Shown one piece after another: positions 57,240 to 64,000 of a stretch of 64,000 bases of DNA; position 1 is the stretch's first letter; each line of letters opens with the position of its first letter. This stretch comes from Bdellovibrionales bacterium (lineage in GTDB: Bacteria; Bdellovibrionota; FAC87; UBA2466). The stretch spans positions 64,695 to 128,694 of the forward strand of contig SXPJ01000103.1 in assembly GCA_005776395.1 (NCBI GenBank), written 5' to 3'. The translations under genes were made by a program, and so were the position numbers. The notes below the pieces were generated by a model. The model was not told the origin of the DNA, made no database searches, and saw nothing but the letters and a program-made list of their open reading frames with translations.

Positions 57240-59315
57240 ATGAATGAGAAAAAAAGATTCGACTTCAGCAAGCTGATTCAGCATGCGGATTTAATAGTTG
57301 CATTGGGAGTGCTGGGAATATTGGTGGTTATGATCCTTCCCATCCCGGCCTTCTTGATGGATCTTTTTATCGTTACAAATATTACAGTTGCTATTGCGAT
57401 TCTTCTGGTTTCTGTTTATGCGGGTCGGCCCCTAGACTTCTCTGTTTTTCCTACGGTCTTATTATTTGCAACTCTTTTCAGATTAGCTCTAAATATTGCG
57501 AGCATTCGTTTGATCTTAGTTCACGGGCATGAGGGAACTGCAGCTGCGGGACATATCATTGAGACCTTTGGGGAGTTTGTGGTGGGGGGAAGTTACATCG
57601 TGGGAGCTGTAGTTTTTATCCTCCTTGTAGTTATTAACTTTGTTGTTATCACCAAAGGTTCTGGCAGGGTCGCTGAGGTTGCGGCTCGATTTATTTTAGA
57701 TTCGATGCCTGGTAAACAAATGAGCATTGATGCCGATTTGAATGCGGGCCTTATCAATGAAGAACAAGCACGAGAGAGAAGAAAAAAGGTTGAGCAAGAG
57801 GCTGACTTTTACGGAGCCATGGATGGTGCTAGTAAATTCGTTCGTGGAGATGCTATTGCCGGTATTTTAATTACTCTTATTAACGTAATCGGTGGATTTG
57901 CAATTGGTGTCTTTCAAAAAGGATTGGATCTTGAGAAAGCTGCTCAACTTTATACTTTGATGACTATTGGTGATGGTCTTGTAACACAGATTCCTTCACT
58001 TATTATTTCTACTGCTTCTGGTATCATTGTGACCCGCGCAGCTTCTGGCAGCAATCTTTCTAAAGAGGTGGCTCGTCAGATTTTAATGCAACCTCGAGCG
58101 ATGTCGATCACTTCAGGGATTCTTTTCTTCATGGGTATTATTCCTGGACTTCCTGCAGCCCCCTTTTTCCTTCTTGCTGTTATTCTTGGAATCGCCTCTT
58201 GGGCAGTTATAAATCATGAGAAACTTAAGAAAGATAATAAAGAGAAAGAGACTAAAAAAGCTGCTGAAGTTCAGGCTATTGAAACCAATGTCCCCCCTGA
58301 AGTTGATATTCTTGAGCTTCAAGTGGGGTATGGACTTGTAAATATTGTTGAAGGGGAAAATAAAGGGGATCTTATTGATAGGATTTTTGGAATCCGAAAA
58401 GAATTTGCCAAAGATCTTGGAATTATTGTTCCCAAAGTGCGAATTAAAGATAATTTGGAATTGCAGCCTAACGAGTATTCGATTCTTGTTAAAGGTATCT
58501 CCATTGGAATAGGTGAGCTGATGCCAGGTTATGTATTGGCTATGGATCCGGGAGATATTAAAGAACCGATAGGTGGTATTGAAACCAAAGAACCTGTATT
58601 TGGACTATCGGCCTTGTGGATACCGGTAAGTCAAAAAGAGAAAGCACAAATGTTGGGTTATACTGTGGTCGATAGTTCGACAGTTATTGCAACTCACCTG
58701 TCTGAAATAATCAGAACCCAAGCGTATGAACTTATCGGTCGACAAGAACTTCAGGCTCTTATCGATAATCTAGCTAAGACCCATCCGAAAGTGGTTGAGG
58801 AGCTTATTCCTAATGTCCTTCCCTTGGGAACGGTACTTAAAGTTTGTCAGGGGCTATTGCGAGAACTGGTTCCAATTCGTGACATGCTCACGGTTATGGA
58901 GACTCTTGCCAATTATGGATCAAGTTATAAAGATCCTGAGGTCCTTACTGAATTTGTTAGAACCGCGCTTTCGAGAACCATCACACATCGTCTTTTAAGC
59001 AGTCAAGGTGAGTTAGAGGTCATGCATATGCAGTCCAAGACTGAGGAAATGCTGATTAGGGCTTATCAGAAGACTGAAGGCGGTGCGAACTTGAATCTAG
59101 AAGCAGGGTTCTTTGAGAAGCTAGTTTCTAGTATTCAGAAACAGATTGAGGAAACTGTTTTCTCAACGGGAGCTCCGGTGCTCTTATGTCATCCCTTAGT
59201 GAGATCAAGTTTCAAGAAGATGATTACTAGATTTATACCGAATATTACGATTATTTCCGCCAATGAAATTTCAAGTACTGCAAAAGTAAAATTCGTTGCA
59301 ACTGTGGAGGCATAA
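57240..59315 (+). CDS. flhA: Flagellar export protein FlhA
   Basis: RVAEVAARFILDSMPGKQMSIDADL, FYGAMDGASKFVRGDA. Confidence 0.97.
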   Translation: MNEKKRFDFSKLIQHADLIVALGVLGILVVMILPIPAFLMDLFIVTNITVAIAILLVSVYAGRPLDFSVFPTVLLFATLFRLALNIASIRLILVHGHEGTAAAGHIIETFGEFVVGGSYIVGAVVFILLVVINFVVITKGSGRVAEVAARFILDSMPGKQMSIDADLNAGLINEEQARERRKKVEQEADFYGAMDGASKFVRGDAIAGILITLINVIGGFAIGVFQKGLDLEKAAQLYTLMTIGDGLVTQIPSLIISTASGIIVTRAASGSNLSKEVARQILMQPRAMSITSGILFFMGIIPGLPAAPFFLLAVILGIASWAVINHEKLKKDNKEKETKKAAEVQAIETNVPPEVDILELQVGYGLVNIVEGENKGDLIDRIFGIRKEFAKDLGIIVPKVRIKDNLELQPNEYSILVKGISIGIGELMPGYVLAMDPGDIKEPIGGIETKEPVFGLSALWIPVSQKEKAQMLGYTVVDSSTVIATHLSEIIRTQAYELIGRQELQALIDNLAKTHPKVVEELIPNVLPLGTVLKVCQGLLRELVPIRDMLTVMETLANYGSSYKDPEVLTEFVRTALSRTITHRLLSSQGELEVMHMQSKTEEMLIRAYQKTEGGANLNLEAGFFEKLVSSIQKQIEETVFSTGAPVLLCHPLVRSSFKKMITRFIPNITIISANEISSTAKVKFVATVEA

Positions 59316-59316
59316 A

Positions 59317-60438
59317 ATGTTTGTTAAAAAATTTGAGGCGCCCTCTTTGGAGCAGGCCCTGAAGATGGTGAAATCTGAAATGGGGCCTGAAGCACTTATT
59401 TTATCAACTCAAGAAAAACGCAATGGCAAATTATTTAGTCGAAGGACTATTGAAGTAACTGCGGCATCTGAGAAGAAGAAGATAGAAAAAAAACAAATAG
59501 TAACTAGACAGCCAGAAACTAGAGACGAGTCTATTGTGAAAATTGATCTTGAGGATGTTTTCCCTGGCAGGAATAGGGATGTCGAAAAATACAAGGCCGT
59601 TGTGGCTAAAGAGGCTACAGCTCTTAAGCAGGTTAAGGCCGAAAGATATATTGAAATTGATTCTGAAAAGATTTCGAATTCTCAACTCTACGTAGCCAAA
59701 GAGAGAATTGAAAATGTTAAGTATGAATCTATCTTTAAACATTTGGGAATAACGTCCGAGCGCTCAACGGAACTTTCTAAACGCATGATCTCTGACTTTC
59801 CAAGAGCCGAACTGATTGATCCCCAATTTTTTAATAAAGCTAAAACCAAAGTGCTTAGCCAGGGGATTAGAACTTTATCTCCTGGAGAATTTTTTAAGAA
59901 AAAGGCTTGGGTTCCTATTGGAGTTACGGGCTCTGGTAAGACCACATTACTTGTAAAAATGGCTATTGCGGCTAGAGAATATGAAAAGAGTGTTTCTTTG
60001 ATAAGTATGGATAACCGTAAGTTTTCAGGAAGAAGTGAGTTGGCTGGCTATGCGAGACTTATCAAGGTTCCATTTTTTACTGAGATTAATCAGGCAAGTT
60101 CTGAGAAATTGAGATTAATTGACTCTCCAGCATTGAGTCTAGGAGAGAAGAGTAATTCAGTTTTGGAGAAGCTCTGTGTAGAGAGAGCTCCCATAATTGT
60201 TCTTGATGTCTCTTCAAGACTTTCTGAACTCATGAGACAAATTGATAAAGCGATGATGTTTCATCCTGAAGCTATTGCCTTTACCAAGGTGGATAATGTT
60301 GAGGAATGTGGCGTCATTTACGATGTTTTAAAAGCTACGCAATTGCCCTTAGTGGGATTGTCTGTCTCCTCTTCATTTAAAACGAAGTTTAAATTTTTAA
60401 CTCCAGTCGAATTGGCTCAGTTTCTAGTAAAGGAATAA
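59317..60438 (+). CDS. flhF: SRP-family GTPase FlhF (divergent)
   Basis: MFVKKFEAPS...MGPEALILS N-terminus, GVTGSGKTT, TKVD; between flhA and flhG. Confidence 0.85.
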   Translation: MFVKKFEAPSLEQALKMVKSEMGPEALILSTQEKRNGKLFSRRTIEVTAASEKKKIEKKQIVTRQPETRDESIVKIDLEDVFPGRNRDVEKYKAVVAKEATALKQVKAERYIEIDSEKISNSQLYVAKERIENVKYESIFKHLGITSERSTELSKRMISDFPRAELIDPQFFNKAKTKVLSQGIRTLSPGEFFKKKAWVPIGVTGSGKTTLLVKMAIAAREYEKSVSLISMDNRKFSGRSELAGYARLIKVPFFTEINQASSEKLRLIDSPALSLGEKSNSVLEKLCVERAPIIVLDVSSRLSELMRQIDKAMMFHPEAIAFTKVDNVEECGVIYDVLKATQLPLVGLSVSSSFKTKFKFLTPVELAQFLVKE

Positions 60439-60445
60439 AAGGACG

Positions 60446-61249
60446 ATGAAAAAAGTTATTTCATATTCAAGCGGCAAAGGTGGAGTAGGAAAAACTAGTC
60501 TTGTGGCTAATATGGGGGTGTTGTGGTCTCAACAGGGAAAAAAGGTCTTGGTGGTAGATGGAGATTGGAGTTTAGGAAAAATGGCTTTAACCCTTGGGGT
60601 TAAACCTCAATGGGCAGTCAATGATGTGCTAGAGGGTAGAATTACTTTGCGAGAGGCAGTGCAAGGGGTTTCAAGCCACTTATCACTTTTAGCCTCGCCA
60701 TCGGGAATCATGGGATTTGAAGAGCTTTCTGAAATTCATAGAAATCAACTCTACTATGAAATCGATGCTCTCCAAGAGGACTACGATCTGGTTCTGATTG
60801 ATCACTCCTCTGGTGTTCATTGGGGGGTGATTCAATTTGCTGCGGCAGCCCATCAACATGTTATTGTGACAACAGCAGAGCCTACGAGTTACATGGATGC
60901 TTATGCTATAATGAAGATACTATCGCAGAGGTTTAAGATCAGAAACTTCCAGTTGATGGTCACGATGAGTCAAGATCTTTCTGAAACTCAGAAAATCATT
61001 GAAAGATTCATCGATATTACTCAAAGTCATCTGGATGTTAAAGTGCTCGAAGTGGGGCATTTTTTGTTCGAGCCTAAATTGGCTGAATCTTTGCGGCAGC
61101 AGAAACCTTTTGTATCGCTTTACACGGATATAGCTTTTACCCAGCAGCTCTCTAGAGTTTGTAAACTTCTCGAGAGAATTCCCTGTGAAAAGGGAAGTGG
61201 GTTGAAGTTTTTTTATTCCGAGAACATTAACCCAATAGCAGCGAGATAA
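60446..61249 (+). CDS. flhG: MinD-like ATPase FlhG/FleN
   Basis: SGKGGVGKT, VDGD, EPTSYMDAYAIMK. Confidence 0.9.
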   Translation: MKKVISYSSGKGGVGKTSLVANMGVLWSQQGKKVLVVDGDWSLGKMALTLGVKPQWAVNDVLEGRITLREAVQGVSSHLSLLASPSGIMGFEELSEIHRNQLYYEIDALQEDYDLVLIDHSSGVHWGVIQFAAAAHQHVIVTTAEPTSYMDAYAIMKILSQRFKIRNFQLMVTMSQDLSETQKIIERFIDITQSHLDVKVLEVGHFLFEPKLAESLRQQKPFVSLYTDIAFTQQLSRVCKLLERIPCEKGSGLKFFYSENINPIAAR

Positions 61250-61251
61250 TT

Positions 61252-62022
61252 ATGGCGCCCAGTCTTAAGAAATATAAAACAGGGAAGAAAATCGATCGAC
61301 GCACAAAAGAAAAATTAATTATTGAATATGCGCCATTGATTAAATTTATAGCCCAAAAGATCGCAGTCCGTCTCCCTTCGAACATAGAGTTTGATGATCT
61401 TGTTTCAAGTGGTGTCATCGGACTAATGGACGCTATCGATAAATATGATCCCACTCGGGATAACAAGTTTAAGACCTATGCTGAATTTAGAATTCGAGGA
61501 GCTATTCTTGATGAATTAAGAGCTCAGGATTGGGTTCCAAGATCAGTCAGGGAAAAGGCTAAACAGCTAGAGAGAGTTCACGTTAAATTGGAGCAACAAC
61601 TAGGCCGTTTTCCCACCGAAGAGGAGATTATTGAAGAACTGAAAATAAATAAAGAGGAGTACTACGATCTTCTTAATCAAGTTAAATCAGTTTCAATTTT
61701 AAGTTTAGATGAAGCGGGTAGTTTTAATTCAAGTGATCGTAAAAGTATCATGAGCTTAATTGAAAGCTGCAAAATTCCTAGCCCTCTTGTTCAACTTAAT
61801 CTTAAAACTGTGAAAACGGTTATGACTGAAGCTATTGAAAACCTTCCGGAAAAACAAAGATTAGTATTGAGTCTTTATTATTATGAGGATTTGAATTTAA
61901 AGGAGATCGGTGAAGTTCTAGAGGTTACAGAAAGTCGTGTTTCTCAGCTTCATACACAGGCTATTTTGTGGCTTCGTCGCAAATTAAAAAATCACTTTGA
62001 CGAAGAATCTCAAGAGGTGTGA
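61252..62022 (+). CDS. fliA: Flagellar sigma factor sigma28
   Basis: DDLVSSGVIGL, RIRGAILDELR...DWVPRS, LKEIGEVLEVTESRVSQLH. Confidence 0.96.
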   Translation: MAPSLKKYKTGKKIDRRTKEKLIIEYAPLIKFIAQKIAVRLPSNIEFDDLVSSGVIGLMDAIDKYDPTRDNKFKTYAEFRIRGAILDELRAQDWVPRSVREKAKQLERVHVKLEQQLGRFPTEEEIIEELKINKEEYYDLLNQVKSVSILSLDEAGSFNSSDRKSIMSLIESCKIPSPLVQLNLKTVKTVMTEAIENLPEKQRLVLSLYYYEDLNLKEIGEVLEVTESRVSQLHTQAILWLRRKLKNHFDEESQEV

Positions 62023-62032
62023 AGTAATAGTC

Positions 62033-62923
62033 GTGCAATATGAAATTAAAGAATTTCTGGATTATCTAACAAGTGAGAGGGGTCTTTCGACCAATACCTC
62101 TTTGGCTTATGCTCAAGATCTTGAGCAGTTAGTTCAGTTTTGTATTATTTACAAGAGATCGATGTTAGAGGCCTCTCAAAAAGATTTGAGGGATTTTGTA
62201 GCTTACTTAAGAAAACAGGATCTTACACCTCGAACTATTGCTCGTAAGATCTCTACGCTGAAACAGTTTTATAAGTTTTTATTGAGAGAAAATAAAATTC
62301 AGAATGATCCTGCAGATCTTCTCTCTATAGTTCAAAAGACTAAGCGGTTGCCCAAACACTTAACGATTGAAGAGATCTTTAACCTTATAGCCGCCGCAGA
62401 GGGAAATACTGAGTTAGAATTGCGAGACAGAGCTCTTCTGGAAATGTGGTATGCAACAGGGGCTAGAGTCTCTGAGTTGTCTCAGTTAACGATTTCTCAG
62501 CTCGATTTTGATGAAAAGGTGGTTAAGATCAGAGGTAAGGGGGGCAAAGAGAGAATAGTGCCCTTGTCCGAAGATTCAGTTCATTGGGCAAAAAAATATC
62601 AAGAAATTCGTCATCAGTGGCTATTGCAACATAACCTGAAAGACACAAAAACTTTCTTTCTAACAAGGCTTGGAAAGGCTTATAGTCGACAGGGTATCTG
62701 GAAATTGGTAAAAAAATATGCGAAGCGGGCCAATATCTCTAGAAAAGTATGGCCACATATGATCCGCCATTCCTTTGCCACTCATGTATTGCGAGGTGGG
62801 GCTGATCTTAGGGCGGTTCAAGAACTATTGGGCCATAAGTCTATTTCAACCACTGAAATTTATACTCATCTGGCGATTGAGAACTTGAAAACCATGCAGT
62901 TGAAGTATCATCCAAGAGATTAA
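62033..62923 (+). CDS. xerD: Site-specific tyrosine recombinase XerD (ORF track start TTG 61997)
   Basis: ERGLSTNT, YATGARVSEL, GKGGKER, HMIRHSFATH, LGHKSISTTEIY (R-H-R-H-Y). Confidence 0.9.
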   Translation: MQYEIKEFLDYLTSERGLSTNTSLAYAQDLEQLVQFCIIYKRSMLEASQKDLRDFVAYLRKQDLTPRTIARKISTLKQFYKFLLRENKIQNDPADLLSIVQKTKRLPKHLTIEEIFNLIAAAEGNTELELRDRALLEMWYATGARVSELSQLTISQLDFDEKVVKIRGKGGKERIVPLSEDSVHWAKKYQEIRHQWLLQHNLKDTKTFFLTRLGKAYSRQGIWKLVKKYAKRANISRKVWPHMIRHSFATHVLRGGADLRAVQELLGHKSISTTEIYTHLAIENLKTMQLKYHPRD

Positions 62924-62945
62924 TTCGACATTCCGTTATTGTGAT

Positions 62946-62987
62946 TAATAAGTTTCTTTCGGGATGAGCCCCGACAACAACTTATTA
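62946..62987 (+). other. Interrupted hairpin between xerD and the lipoprotein gene
   Basis: TAATAAGTT...TCGGG-loop-CCCGA...AACTTATTA. Confidence 0.45.
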
Positions 62988-63015
62988 GTTGAAAATTGAT
63001 TCATAAGGAGCTTCT

Positions 63016-63909
63016 ATGAAAACCAAATACTTATCTCTATTTCTTCTTTTGCCTTTTACAGCCTGTTTGAAGCAAAACTATCCTACCAGTAACAGTAGTG
63101 CTCAAAGCAATACTATCAAAGGCGCTATTGTTTTAAGAGATTGGCACGGTAAGGCTCTCGAGAAACCGGAGGGGCACGTTCTTGCTCAGTTTGTAAAACC
63201 TTCAGTTAGGGGAAAGGCTCTTAAAGAAGGGTTAAGACTTCCTGAGTTAGCCCATAAAATTTCTAGTGGCAAAGGGACAACCCAGTGTGAGGTCATTCAT
63301 GAGCCTAAAGAGCCATCCAAAGAGGTAACGAAAGATATTACCTTGAGTGTAGGAAAGGTTTCTTTTGGAACTACGACTAATGATTTGGTGCCTTTAACAG
63401 AAGGAGAAAATCATTTGTATCAATTGCTTCTACAGCCCAATTTTTCCAGTGGAATTTACTTAGCTTCAGTTGAAGGTACGGCTACGACACCTAGTTTTGC
63501 TGTGAAGACATCGATGCCCGAGAGGATGAGCCATGTAAGGGTTGCAGGACAGGATTTTGAAACTTCGGCTACGGCCTTTAGAAAAAATGAACCTCTCAAT
63601 TTGTCATGGGATGCCCCTACTGGGGATTTCGATCTCAAGATGAATCAAATGGAATTAGAAGTGATTTCTGAAAATGATAAAGAAACTATTACTTTGATTT
63701 GCGCATCGATGGAGAAGGATCTTATGGGAAACTCCTCGACTGTGAACTGGGAAATCCCAAGCAATTATCTTCAAGCTTTAGATGCAACCTCTTCAGGTTT
63801 AGCTATTCTTAAAAGAGGTCAGTGGATGAGAGCCTCTAGCCCCGATATTGGGGTTGTGAGTTTTGAAGGGGTAAGAATTTATGCTACCTCCGCGTTTATT
63901 TCCGAGTAA
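63016..63909 (+). CDS. Orphan lipoprotein, beta-rich
   Basis: AAGGAG SD; lipobox FTAC; LNLSWD Ig/FN3-like segment. Confidence 0.75.
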   Translation: MKTKYLSLFLLLPFTACLKQNYPTSNSSAQSNTIKGAIVLRDWHGKALEKPEGHVLAQFVKPSVRGKALKEGLRLPELAHKISSGKGTTQCEVIHEPKEPSKEVTKDITLSVGKVSFGTTTNDLVPLTEGENHLYQLLLQPNFSSGIYLASVEGTATTPSFAVKTSMPERMSHVRVAGQDFETSATAFRKNEPLNLSWDAPTGDFDLKMNQMELEVISENDKETITLICASMEKDLMGNSSTVNWEIPSNYLQALDATSSGLAILKRGQWMRASSPDIGVVSFEGVRIYATSAFISE

Positions 63910-64000
63910 CTTAGATACCTGGCCCCGAATACTGTGTAGAGGGGATAAGGGGAGAGGGAAATCTAAGTTGTTTTCCTGGGTTTAAAGGGTAGTTGAAGTG

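Noticed and set aside
62033..62923. Prophage or island integrase
   Set aside because: Sequence reads as housekeeping XerD; no phage genes, tRNA or att-like repeats seen nearby.
63911..64000. Possible 3' end of a minus-strand gene at the window edge
   Set aside because: Only 29 open codons visible; too little to support a call.

Overview
AT-rich bacterial chromosome segment, mostly core genes. The gene order (pilB-pilT-pilC-pilS; fliL-M-N-O-P-Q-R-flhB-flhA-flhF-flhG-fliA) and the many orphan Pro-rich lipoproteins suggest a Bdellovibrionota/Oligoflexia-like (former deltaproteobacterial) organism; this is inference. Contents in order: partial skp/ompH; orphan lipoproteins; 7Fe ferredoxin; two paralogous exported proteins behind sigma54-type promoters (one with CxxCH); class IV aminotransferase; acyl-CoA dehydrogenase-etfB-etfA; gpmI; type IV pilus motor/platform genes; a stand-alone JAB/MPN+ protein; a roughly 18 kb Wzy-type polysaccharide region; an MCE/Mla transporter with two ATPases and two permeases; a histidine kinase; miaE; a pilin; a flagellar switch/export operon; xerD. 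I saw no rRNA, tRNA, CRISPR array or transposase. The most unusual signals are: (1) a head-to-head pair of four-helix-bundle (IVP/Avd-like) genes at 50.5-51.3 kb forming a ~310 bp imperfect palindrome with islands of near-perfect identity, one copy triply frameshifted; (2) an MCE transporter whose two ATPases carry complementary degenerate motifs, predicting one active and one inactive ATP site; (3) the duplicated sigma54 promoter plus exported-protein unit at 3.0-5.9 kb; (4) the orphan JAB protein. Family assignments come from motif recognition by eye; no database searches were run.
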